64,000 bases of DNA from a virus. Its lineage: Duplodnaviria; Caudoviricetes. The notes beneath the pieces were generated by a model. That model had not been told where the DNA came from. It did no database searches and saw only the letters and a program-made list of their open reading frames with translations. Where the stretch lies: the IMG/VR virus record IMGVR_UViG_3300026085_000093, positions 160,001 to 224,000 of that record, one strand, 5' to 3'. Of the stretch, positions 28,423 through 37,429 are shown piece after piece. Position 1 is the first letter of the stretch, and each line of letters starts with the position of its first letter. A program made the translations under genes and the position numbers.

Positions 28423-28821
28423 ATGCTAACACGTTATCAAATTGAAAATATCGAACTTGCAAATGAATACAGCAAGGCACGCAAATTAACTAAACTTTCA
28501 TCACTTGAAGTAGATGAAAGTATTCTAACAGAAATCAAAGACGCTATTCTTGACGGTGAAAAAGAAACTGATGTAATGGCGCGAGCAGCAGATGACGATA
28601 GAGAACATTGGATTCGTGCTATCGGTAAAAAAGCCGCTGCTGATCTACTAACACTTGGTAAGGTTCAGCCTGAAACAATGCTTGAAATGGGCAACCTTCC
28701 ATCCGAAGATTTCCGCGAAGCAGTAAAAGTAGCAACTGGTACTGCAAGACAGTGGAATAATGATACTGTGGCTGCAGAGCAAGAACTAAACACAGACACA
28801 GTTGATGATTCTCTAGTTTAA
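28423..28821 (+). CDS. Hypothetical helical protein
   Basis: 132-aa ORF with AAGGAG SD; no recognised motif. Confidence 0.75.
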   Translation: MLTRYQIENIELANEYSKARKLTKLSSLEVDESILTEIKDAILDGEKETDVMARAADDDREHWIRAIGKKAAADLLTLGKVQPETMLEMGNLPSEDFREAVKVATGTARQWNNDTVAAEQELNTDTVDDSLV

Positions 28822-28822
28822 G

Positions 28823-29434
28823 ATGAGAATCGCGATTTGTATTCCAGCACGGGATACAGTTCACACAGGATTTGCTTTATGTTTAGCAAATCTCACAGCA
28901 CGTCTGCAACGAGACGGAATAGAATTTGTTGTTCTATTCAATCTTGGCAGTGTGATTGCCAACCAAAGAAACTCGCTAGTTTGGGATGCCTTTGCCAAAG
29001 GGGCATCCCACATACTTTGGTTAGATAGCGATATGCACATACCATCAAATGTTGTTGATGTGTTCCTTAAACATAAAAAAGATATTGTTGCTGCAACCTA
29101 CAGCACACGAGTCAAACCGCAACGCAGTGTTGCGTTTACCGATCAATACAACTTAGACAGTAGACTGACAGAGTCAAAAGGTTTACACGAAGTTTTTGCA
29201 GTAGGTCTTGGATGTATGTTAGTTGATAGAGATGTGTATCGTGTATTAGATGCACCTTGGTTTAACTATACATGGAACGAGGACACACACGACCTTAGCG
29301 GTGAAGATATTCACTTTTGTAAGTTAGTCAGAGATAATGGTTATAAAATATATGTAGATGCTGATATAAGTGAAAAGGTTGCACACTTCGGCACTAAGGC
29401 ATATATGTTAAGAGAAACAAATGAATTCAGTTAG
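28823..29434 (+). CDS. GT-A fold glycosyltransferase (GT2-like)
   Basis: IAICIPARD, RNSLV, HILWLDSDM (DxD), GLGCMLVDRDVY, GEDIHFCK motifs. Confidence 0.8.
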   Translation: MRIAICIPARDTVHTGFALCLANLTARLQRDGIEFVVLFNLGSVIANQRNSLVWDAFAKGASHILWLDSDMHIPSNVVDVFLKHKKDIVAATYSTRVKPQRSVAFTDQYNLDSRLTESKGLHEVFAVGLGCMLVDRDVYRVLDAPWFNYTWNEDTHDLSGEDIHFCKLVRDNGYKIYVDADISEKVAHFGTKAYMLRETNEFS

Positions 29435-31949
29435 TAGATTTGAAAGATTTAGTAAAAACATTTATAACGGACAAGATGTCCTAAAAAATCACATTTTTCA
29501 ATGTTATCCAATACTACACACAGACGATGTAGAAGATTATGAACAAGTAAGAGATTATGCAGAAGTTGCTGATTATGTTTGGCTTGTTGACAAATCAATT
29601 AAAGTATTAAATACATTTCCTTGGCATTTTAGGCCAAGCATTGAACAAAGTAACGGCATTCACTTGTTTCCGTATGTAAGAAAAAAGAGTAGACATCCTA
29701 AAAGTTGGAATAAAGTACAACTAGTTCCAACAAAGTTTGATGCAAAAAAGAAATATACTCACAACAATATTTGTGGTGTATATGATCCATATTACGGTAA
29801 AGAAAAATTTGATATATTCTTCTTAGGTAGCCGTAAAGATAGCGAATATAAAAAATTAAAAGAAAAATACAATATACAAATTGTTGACACTTATAGTCAA
29901 GCACAAGAACTAACTTCGACTGATATGTTTTGGTTAATACCAAATGATGTTACAGTATCAGAAAACTTCGACTTTTCTTTTGAACCAGACGAATGGAGTT
30001 ACAAATATAATCATGTGTTTGGAAATGGAAAAAGAAATCAATTTGACGGCATATTTTTGTGTAACAAATTCTATAATCCCTCAAATAGAGAAATTGACTA
30101 TAGATTTTTAATTAACAAAAAAGAAGTCCGTATGATTGCAAGTACACCTAAGCCATATGACTTTTTTGAAATTGATAATTATGACGAATACAAAACTGCA
30201 CTTGAATCATCTACAACAGAAATGTTTTGGATGAGCAGTAAAAATATAAAAGTTAATATTGATCTTGACTTTTATATTTCACACCATGAAAAAGATCTTA
30301 AAAACAAAACACATGCATTTTTGCATAGCAATAACAAGTACAATGGATTATTTTTGTGTTCTAAAAACAAAGTACTCTCAGAAAAAGAAGTTACTTATAG
30401 ATTTCCTGTAGAACGCATTGAACATGATATTGTAGCAACAGGACCTGTAACTTATGATAGATTCTATGTTGATTCGTATGAAGAATATGAATATGCACTG
30501 AATAATTCCAAAACAGAAATGTTTTGGATGGACAGTAAAAACATCAGCAGCGATATACCAGAGATATATTTTGACTTTGAAAACGAATACGACAGACAAA
30601 CAAATCATGCTTTTGTACACGATGCTGATGGAAGGCAATTATACAACGGCTTGTTCCTTTGTTCAACAAAAAAACCTCTTAACAAAAAAGAAGTTGAACA
30701 CAGACACATCATTGAAAGAAAAGAATGGAAAGTTATTGGCTCAACAGGAGTCAAGTATGAAAAATTTTATATTGACACTTATGGTGAATATCTAAATGCG
30801 CTAGAGCAAAGCAAAACAGAGATGTTTTGGGCATTAAGTAGAAATATAAAAATAAAGAAAAACTTTAAATTCGACAAGTATTTTACACACGACAATATGT
30901 TTGATAGAAAAATTAATCATGCGTTTTTACATGATGTTGATGGTGAAAAACTTTATAGTGGTGTATTTTTATGTAGCAAGTACTCAAAGCTTTCTAAAAA
31001 AGAAATAGAATTTAGACATCCGGTAAACCGTAAAGAATGGAATGAAGTTGCAAGTACAAAAACTAGATATGATGTATTTGATATAACATCGTACGATGAT
31101 TACTTAGATGCAATGCAAAAATCTAAAACAGAAATGTTTTGGGGTAAGTTACAAAATTTATCAGTTATTGATGAATCAATTTTTGATTTGTATTTTACAC
31201 ATGACAATACGTTTGATAGAAAGACCAATCATGCGTTTTTACATAAAGTAAATGATAAACTAACTTATGACGGACTATATTTGTTTTCAAAACATAAGCC
31301 TGTAACTAAAAAAGAAATTGATTACAAACATATTGTTGAAAGAAAAGAGTATGAACGAGTAATAAGTGGACCTGTTCTTTACGACATTTTTGACGTAGAT
31401 AATTATGATGAATACTTGGAAGCACTAAGCAAATCTACAACAGAAATGTTTTGGATTAAAAGTAGAAATGTTGAAATTGATCCTAACTTTAAGTTTGATT
31501 TATTCTTTGATAACAGAGACAATGAATTTGAATACGAAAGAAATGAAAATCATGTTTTTGTACACAAAGTAGGAAATAAAGAATACTATAACGGTGTGTT
31601 TTTAATGAGCAAAAACAAACCTGTAAGTAAAAAAGAAATTGAACATAGACATCTTGTTACTAGAAAAGAATGGAATACTGTTGCAAGTGGGCCTGTAGAA
31701 TATGATAGATTTATTATTGATACCTATGAAGACTATCTTAAAGCACTAGATGAATCTACAACAGAAATGTTTTGGGCTATTTCGTCAAACGTTGATACAA
31801 GTAATTTTAACTTTGATATTTACTTTACACACGATAATGAATATGATAGAAGTACTTCTCATTCATTCATACACGAAGTCGAAGGTAAGCAATATCATAA
31901 TGGTATTTTTCTATTACCAAAAAATGTATCAAGAGATAAGATTAATTAA
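29421..31949 (+). CDS. Tandem ~100-aa repeat protein, probably degenerate glycosyltransferase-like repeats
   Basis: Seven copies of T[DE]MFW embedded in a unit YDxFxIDxYxEYxxAL..S.TEMFW...FD..F...NHAF....YNG.FL.SK.K...KKE. Confidence 0.7.
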   Translation: MNSVSRFERFSKNIYNGQDVLKNHIFQCYPILHTDDVEDYEQVRDYAEVADYVWLVDKSIKVLNTFPWHFRPSIEQSNGIHLFPYVRKKSRHPKSWNKVQLVPTKFDAKKKYTHNNICGVYDPYYGKEKFDIFFLGSRKDSEYKKLKEKYNIQIVDTYSQAQELTSTDMFWLIPNDVTVSENFDFSFEPDEWSYKYNHVFGNGKRNQFDGIFLCNKFYNPSNREIDYRFLINKKEVRMIASTPKPYDFFEIDNYDEYKTALESSTTEMFWMSSKNIKVNIDLDFYISHHEKDLKNKTHAFLHSNNKYNGLFLCSKNKVLSEKEVTYRFPVERIEHDIVATGPVTYDRFYVDSYEEYEYALNNSKTEMFWMDSKNISSDIPEIYFDFENEYDRQTNHAFVHDADGRQLYNGLFLCSTKKPLNKKEVEHRHIIERKEWKVIGSTGVKYEKFYIDTYGEYLNALEQSKTEMFWALSRNIKIKKNFKFDKYFTHDNMFDRKINHAFLHDVDGEKLYSGVFLCSKYSKLSKKEIEFRHPVNRKEWNEVASTKTRYDVFDITSYDDYLDAMQKSKTEMFWGKLQNLSVIDESIFDLYFTHDNTFDRKTNHAFLHKVNDKLTYDGLYLFSKHKPVTKKEIDYKHIVERKEYERVISGPVLYDIFDVDNYDEYLEALSKSTTEMFWIKSRNVEIDPNFKFDLFFDNRDNEFEYERNENHVFVHKVGNKEYYNGVFLMSKNKPVSKKEIEHRHLVTRKEWNTVASGPVEYDRFIIDTYEDYLKALDESTTEMFWAISSNVDTSNFNFDIYFTHDNEYDRSTSHSFIHEVEGKQYHNGIFLLPKNVSRDKIN

Positions 31950-32360
31950 TTCAAACACAGTTTGTAATTTGTTTTGATTAGTTTTACTACGCAAAGTATT
32001 GGCTAAGCCTTGATGTAAAGGCTTAGGCCATTTTCCAAATTCTACCCATGCATATCCATCGTGTTCTACATTTAAAATAGGCAAAAATTCATCTTGAACT
32101 ACACAAAGATATGTATGAAAGTGAAAATGTTCATCGTTACTAACAAAAGTTTCTAAAGGAATAGTTTTTTTTATTTCAGGAAGAAATCCTATTTCTTCTT
32201 TGATTTCTCTTTTAAGTGCTTCCCAAGCAGTCTCATTTTCTTCATTAGTACCTCCTACTAATCCCCATACTGAATTTTTCTTTGCTGTTCTGTGTAAGGT
32301 AAGAAATCTTTTAGTCGAGAGGGTATAAAACAATGCACCACTACATATTATCTTTTTCAT
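31929..32360 (-). CDS. NUDIX hydrolase
   Basis: Nudix box-like GGTNEENETAWEALKREIKEEIG. Confidence 0.9.
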   Translation of the reverse strand: MKKIICSGALFYTLSTKRFLTLHRTAKKNSVWGLVGGTNEENETAWEALKREIKEEIGFLPEIKKTIPLETFVSNDEHFHFHTYLCVVQDEFLPILNVEHDGYAWVEFGKWPKPLHQGLANTLRSKTNQNKLQTVFELINLIS

Positions 32361-32368
32361 AAAAATAA

Positions 32369-33853
32369 TTAGCCGTCTAAGAATAGCATCCAGTTACCTC
32401 CTGAATACTCACCTTCCCAACTCTTAATCCAATCAGTACCTGTCCATTTATACTGTATACCAGTATTAAGATTCTTAATATGTGTTATATCAGTTGTTGC
32501 ACTAGCGTCAAACACAACTTGCCATGCTGTACCAGTCCATTCAATAATATCGTTTGCTTCTGCAACAGGATCACTTGTGTCTGTATTTTTCCATGCATCA
32601 GGACCATCATATCCTGCTTTACCTACTTGATCGCTTGGATTAATATCACTTACTATTAATACTCTTAATCCTGTTGTTTTATATGAAGTTGGATTCCATT
32701 TTGAAGGCTCTATTACATAATCTATGCTTGTATAACTTGCAGGATTTCTAGCAGGTCCTGTGATTACATCATTGCTAGGTAATGTATCAGAATCCCATGT
32801 AACACTAATAATTCTTTCATCAAGCGGATTTAAAGCAAATGTACCAACAATAAAGTTATCAGATCCTTCAGTTCGCATCCTAATTTGACTTAAACCTGCT
32901 GTGTACGTTCCTGGATATGCTTCTAGTAATACTCTCCAGTTAGTTGTTCCTACTTCACGATTATAAACAATACGTGCTTGTGTACCTTCAACATACAACC
33001 CATAATCTCTAAATGTCGTGCTTTGTGTTACTCTCTCATTCAATAATGGATCTACTTTTCTTTGTGTCTCAATATCAACTTCACCCGAAGAATCTGTCGA
33101 TTGTGTAGTTTGTTCTATAGGATGCAGTGCATCTTTATATGCACCTAATTCTGCTTCGCTATTACCTAGGTCAATGTCACCATTTTCTTCGTTAAAGATG
33201 TTTGCAATGATATTTGTAATTACGCCTAGTCGTTTAACTTTAGCAGGCGCACTTAGATAGATAGGAGTAGAAAATCCTAAAGTTGCAATATCTATTTCAC
33301 TATCAACGCCTACTGGCACATTTCTATTACTAAAATTTACTAATTCTAAGTTGACTACACTTAAACTTGTCCAGTCAATAAAATTGTCTGTTGTTTGAAT
33401 TTCTAAACTAGGATTAAACAGTGTTAAAATTTGCTCCATAATTTGCAACTTCATTTCTGTGTTAGTTGCCCATATGTCAGCATTTACACTCAATGTATAC
33501 GGAGCAGGATGTAGTCTCTCAACTGTATAGTTTTTGCCTTGTTCGTTTAAGTATTCTTTTCCTTGTGAATCGTATGCACGTTCTCTAATATTAACTTTGT
33601 TAACATAACTTGCATCGCTTAATCTTTGCCTATCTAATTCAATCCCTGTAATATAAACTGCCATCCGTGGCGCACTAGGAATTTTATTTTCGCTGTTGTC
33701 ACGTATAATACTTGCAACTTGTCTTGTTAAATCACCGTATGTCACAGGTATTTGACGCAATTGACCATCACCGTCTTGGTAACTAAAATTACTCAGTAAG
33801 CGTATAATCTGTGTTAGATATCTACGTATTTGTCCGTCATAAAAAAACTGCAT
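32369..33853 (-). CDS. gp15: Tail completion / sheath stabiliser (T4 gp15-like), extended
   Basis: N-terminal FFYDGQIRRY...IPVTYGD, PRMAVYITGI, QIMEQILTLFNP motifs. Confidence 0.75.
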   Translation of the reverse strand: MQFFYDGQIRRYLTQIIRLLSNFSYQDGDGQLRQIPVTYGDLTRQVASIIRDNSENKIPSAPRMAVYITGIELDRQRLSDASYVNKVNIRERAYDSQGKEYLNEQGKNYTVERLHPAPYTLSVNADIWATNTEMKLQIMEQILTLFNPSLEIQTTDNFIDWTSLSVVNLELVNFSNRNVPVGVDSEIDIATLGFSTPIYLSAPAKVKRLGVITNIIANIFNEENGDIDLGNSEAELGAYKDALHPIEQTTQSTDSSGEVDIETQRKVDPLLNERVTQSTTFRDYGLYVEGTQARIVYNREVGTTNWRVLLEAYPGTYTAGLSQIRMRTEGSDNFIVGTFALNPLDERIISVTWDSDTLPSNDVITGPARNPASYTSIDYVIEPSKWNPTSYKTTGLRVLIVSDINPSDQVGKAGYDGPDAWKNTDTSDPVAEANDIIEWTGTAWQVVFDASATTDITHIKNLNTGIQYKWTGTDWIKSWEGEYSGGNWMLFLDG

Positions 33854-35007
33854 CAGTTATCCGTCTTTATCTTCAATGCTTTTGATAGTGATTGTCTTTC
33901 TTGAACAATTTCACCGCCAATAGTACTTGTGTTTGTGTTATTAATGAACGTACCTTTTTGATGCGCTCTTGTTGATGTATTAGTTAGTGTTTGTCTTACG
34001 TTATCTTCAACCTTCACCCATCTTCTCCCATCATATCTAAATAGTCTGTTTGGAAAAAAGTCCGTTCTTAAAAAATAATCTCCAGATGCACTTGCATCAG
34101 GAAATGATAACCCACTGCCAAACGGTGAACCATTTGGTGCAAGTCCATCTCCTATTAGATAACCATCATAACCTTCACGTATAGGAGTATCTAAGATAGA
34201 GTCTGCAAGTTCACCGCCGCTTGCATCTATTTCTGTTGTATCTGCTGTCCTTAATGTAGGTACACCATTATCGTCTACTGCTACTGTAAAAAAGTGACTT
34301 GTTTCATATCCTGCGGCTTTTGCATTTGCTTCTGCTTGTTGTACAATAGCATTATTGATATTCATTTCAGTTTCAAATGTGCTCAGTACATCACGTAGTG
34401 TGTTTCCTGCTTCATCACCTGCAGGTAGATCAAGTATGTCTTTAAACTCTTGTGAATCGAATATTTGTTTTAGTTTAACTCTATATAAATGAGGATACCA
34501 AGTCTGTGAAAAACCTTCTGCTGCACGAGTAATTTCATCAACTACATAAAAACGTTTTAGTGCAACACTGTAGTCATTTGCAGCATACTCGTCTTTTAGG
34601 TGAGGTAATTCAAATACATCACCCGCCATAATTTTTCTACCAAGAGTTTTTACACTTTCATTTATATGAATTGTCATAAACAACGTGTCGTTGCTTAAAA
34701 ACAAACCAAACTGACTTAAATTAAAATCGTTATCTATAACATTATAAATGCCACGTATTGTGTAGATATCTTGATCATATTTTCTATCTCTATTTTCTAA
34801 GAACAACATGTCTTGAATGTTAGTCTCTTTAACTGCGTCATACCGCGGCTGTTCTGCTGTTGCTTCTTCTTCTGTAGGATTTCTTGGCCCTAAGTACTTG
34901 TGTACATTCACGTCGGTGCCGCCGATGTAAAATTGTTCTCTAATTACATCATCTAAAAATGTATAATCATTTGTTTTATTTGGTCTATATAAGCTTAAGC
35001 GTGGCAT
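33853..35007 (-). CDS. gp14: Neck / head completion protein (T4 gp14-like)
   Basis: Start revised to ATG 35007 (MPRLSLY), 5 nt after minus-strand TAAATA; IREQFYIGGTDVNVHKY, LSQFGLFL, GDVFELPHL motifs. Confidence 0.75.
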   Translation of the reverse strand: MPRLSLYRPNKTNDYTFLDDVIREQFYIGGTDVNVHKYLGPRNPTEEEATAEQPRYDAVKETNIQDMLFLENRDRKYDQDIYTIRGIYNVIDNDFNLSQFGLFLSNDTLFMTIHINESVKTLGRKIMAGDVFELPHLKDEYAANDYSVALKRFYVVDEITRAAEGFSQTWYPHLYRVKLKQIFDSQEFKDILDLPAGDEAGNTLRDVLSTFETEMNINNAIVQQAEANAKAAGYETSHFFTVAVDDNGVPTLRTADTTEIDASGGELADSILDTPIREGYDGYLIGDGLAPNGSPFGSGLSFPDASASGDYFLRTDFFPNRLFRYDGRRWVKVEDNVRQTLTNTSTRAHQKGTFINNTNTSTIGGEIVQERQSLSKALKIKTDN

Positions 35008-35012
35008 ACATA

Positions 35013-35034
35013 TATTTATCGCAACGAATAAATA
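35013..35034. promoter_or_regulatory. Back-to-back divergent late promoters
   Basis: TAAATA on minus strand (35018-35013) and plus strand (35029-35034). Confidence 0.75.
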
Positions 35035-35051
35035 CAATACGGAGAACTTTT

Positions 35052-35813
35052 ATGGCAGCAAACTACATTGAACAAAAACAGGAAGTTTTCGACTATGTAA
35101 AGGCCTTTTTAGGCGGTGGTATGGTCGATGTTGAACTTGATCCAATACATTATGAAACTGCATTAACTAAGGCACTTAGTAGATATAGACAACGTGTTGA
35201 TCATAGTGTAGAAGAAAGTTATGTTACATTAACTTTAGTCGAAGATCAAAACGATTATATTCTTCCAAATGAAATACAGGAAGTAAGACAGTGTTTTAGA
35301 AGAAGTGTAGGTAGTAGATCTGCCGGAGGCGACGGAGGAACAATATTCGAACCGTTTAATCTTGCATACACTAACACATATTTGTTAGCAAGTTCTGCTG
35401 TAGGTGGACTTGCAACTTATTATATGTTTGCAAGTTACCAAGAATTAGTAGGTAGAATGTTTGGTTCTTTTATTGAGTTTACATGGAACAATCCTACAAA
35501 AAAATTAACAATACTACAACGCCCGAGAGCAGATGAAGAAATTTTGTTATGGTGTTATAATTTTCGCCCTGACTCGCAACTGTTGGAAGACTATCTTTCA
35601 AAACAATGGATTAAAGATTACACATTAGCAGCATGTAAGTATATGTTAGGCGAAGCACGTGAAAAGTTTGCAACTATTGCCGGGCCACAAGGCGGCACAA
35701 GTTTAAACGGTGCAAGTTTAAAAGCAGAAGCACAAGCAGAAATGGAAAAACTTGATGCAGAAGCAGCATTGGCTGTTGCAGGCGGCGTAGGTTATAGTTT
35801 TGTTATAGGATAA
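35052..35813 (+). CDS. gp13: Neck protein (T4 gp13-like)
   Basis: Start revised to ATG 35052 (GGAG SD); VFDYVKAFLGGGMVDVEL...ALSRYRQR, WIKDYTLA.CK.MLGEAR.KF..I.GP.GG.SLNG motifs. Confidence 0.85.
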   Translation: MAANYIEQKQEVFDYVKAFLGGGMVDVELDPIHYETALTKALSRYRQRVDHSVEESYVTLTLVEDQNDYILPNEIQEVRQCFRRSVGSRSAGGDGGTIFEPFNLAYTNTYLLASSAVGGLATYYMFASYQELVGRMFGSFIEFTWNNPTKKLTILQRPRADEEILLWCYNFRPDSQLLEDYLSKQWIKDYTLAACKYMLGEAREKFATIAGPQGGTSLNGASLKAEAQAEMEKLDAEAALAVAGGVGYSFVIG

Positions 35814-35838
35814 ACTACGCATTTAATATAAATACACT

Positions 35839-36531
35839 ATGCAACAATTTAGCAGTAGTGTAATTCAATTTCTAAACGGTTTAGAATTTTTATACCCTGA
35901 AAACGTGACTGTATCTCAACTTAAACGAACTTTACATAAATTTCCTCAAGTTGAATATGCAATGGTAGATGCGTATAGTTTAGGACAATTGAAAAGTAAA
36001 AAATGGATGATAGAAAATTTGCCTAATGATATGGGTATAGTTTTCATATGTGCAGGTTGGTTTGGCACTCTTGCAGGTATGATGTTTGAACACATTCCTG
36101 ATAAGTTTGAAAAGATTAGAAGCTTTGATATAGATCCTAGTTGTGCAGATGTTGCTGATAATATTAATCGTCCTTATGTAATGGATGGATGGCAATTTAA
36201 AGCAAGTACACTAGATATTAGAAAAATGACTTACCCAACTACACATGAAACTTTTAGAGCAAATGGTACAAGTTTAGAACTTACTGAAATGCCTAATACA
36301 ATTATTAATACAAGTTGCGAACATATAGAAGACTTTACACAGTGGTATAATAACATTCCGTCAGGAACAATTGTTGCACTACAAAATAACAATTATTATG
36401 AACATGACCAACATATAAATTGTGTACCTAATTTACAAACCTTTGCTGAACAAACGCCTATGCATGTTTTTTATGAAGGCGAGTTATCTTTAACAAAATA
36501 CACTAGATTTATGCGGATAGGCATGAAATGA
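35839..36531 (+). CDS. SAM-dependent methyltransferase-like protein
   Basis: VFICAGWFGTLA glycine-rich motif, IRSFDID, IINTSCEHI; TATAAATA 4 nt before ATG. Confidence 0.55.
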   Translation: MQQFSSSVIQFLNGLEFLYPENVTVSQLKRTLHKFPQVEYAMVDAYSLGQLKSKKWMIENLPNDMGIVFICAGWFGTLAGMMFEHIPDKFEKIRSFDIDPSCADVADNINRPYVMDGWQFKASTLDIRKMTYPTTHETFRANGTSLELTEMPNTIINTSCEHIEDFTQWYNNIPSGTIVALQNNNYYEHDQHINCVPNLQTFAEQTPMHVFYEGELSLTKYTRFMRIGMK

Positions 36532-37010
36532 ATATCGAACAAACAATCAAATACAAAGGAAAACCTAATAGAAAACATTTTTTAAATTGGTGGATAAAAA
36601 AACACAATATTAAAACAATGACTGAAGTAGGTGTAAGAGATGGTAGAACAACATTTCATTTGTTAGATAACAATCCTGATCTTGTAATGTATGCAATAGA
36701 TAAAAGCATTAAAGGATTTTATAATAAAGAAGTTCAAGAAAAGTACGGAGATAGGCTAAGGCCATTTGCAGGGTTAAGCGACTATTGTGCAAAAAATATT
36801 CCTGATAATTCTCAAGATTTAGTTTTTATAGATGCAGATCACAGTTATCCGTGGGTATGCAGAGATATAAAGGCATACACACCTAAGGTAAAAAAAGGCG
36901 GCTGGCTAACCGGACACGATATAGATTATGAAGGTGTTTATAAAGCAGTTAATGAACTTATAGTGAACTATGACATTGGTACAAATAATGTTTGGCTAAA
37001 ACAACTATAG
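36528..37010 (+). CDS. Class I SAM methyltransferase (Methyltransf_24-like)
   Basis: EVGVRDG, VFIDADHSY..V..DI......VKKGGWLTGHD. Confidence 0.85.
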   Translation: MNIEQTIKYKGKPNRKHFLNWWIKKHNIKTMTEVGVRDGRTTFHLLDNNPDLVMYAIDKSIKGFYNKEVQEKYGDRLRPFAGLSDYCAKNIPDNSQDLVFIDADHSYPWVCRDIKAYTPKVKKGGWLTGHDIDYEGVYKAVNELIVNYDIGTNNVWLKQL

Positions 37011-37280
37011 ATCGTTATCATGCACATATAACTGTATAAGTGCATAATGCAAAATTTTCATTAAATCTTTACGAGCATCATCCCGTGTACCTTTTTTACC
37101 ATAACGATTAGAATACTTGTCAACATTGCCCATGCAAAATCCAGTTCCATGTCCTCTATCAATGATTACTTCAGTTGACTGAAATTTATTTGTACTATAA
37201 TGCCCGTCATATGTTTTATCAATATATGCTTGAAATTCTTCAATATATTTGTTTTCGTCAAACTTGTAATCTATGCTCAT
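37005..37280 (-). CDS. DUF3310/SaV-like small protein
   Basis: Start revised to ATG 37280 (AGGAG SD); TYDGHY, GFCMGNVDKYSNRYGKKG...DL.K..HY motif. Confidence 0.7.
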   Translation of the reverse strand: MSIDYKFDENKYIEEFQAYIDKTYDGHYSTNKFQSTEVIIDRGHGTGFCMGNVDKYSNRYGKKGTRDDARKDLMKILHYALIQLYVHDNDL

Positions 37281-37302
37281 AATATCTCCTAAGTTATTCG
37301 TA

Positions 37303-37331
37303 ATTGTAGCAAAAAATCTTATATTTGTCAA
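37303..37331 (-). promoter_or_regulatory. Sigma70-type promoter (minus strand)
   Basis: TTGACA (37331-37326), 17-nt spacer, TG-C-TACAAT extended -10 (to 37303). Confidence 0.8.
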
Positions 37332-37429
37332 CTATAAAGTGCGTGTTTTACCACTGATTTTAGGTATATTTCTAGGCATACTGGTAAATATAATATAGCA
37401 ATAGTGAAATCCCAAAGGAGATTAAAAAA

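Noticed and set aside
34959-35051. ORF-track N-terminal extensions (34959, 35037, 37331, 49160, 50758)
   Set aside because: Extensions run through promoter motifs; downstream ATGs (35052, 35007, 37280, 49175, 50773) fit SD or TAAATA spacing.
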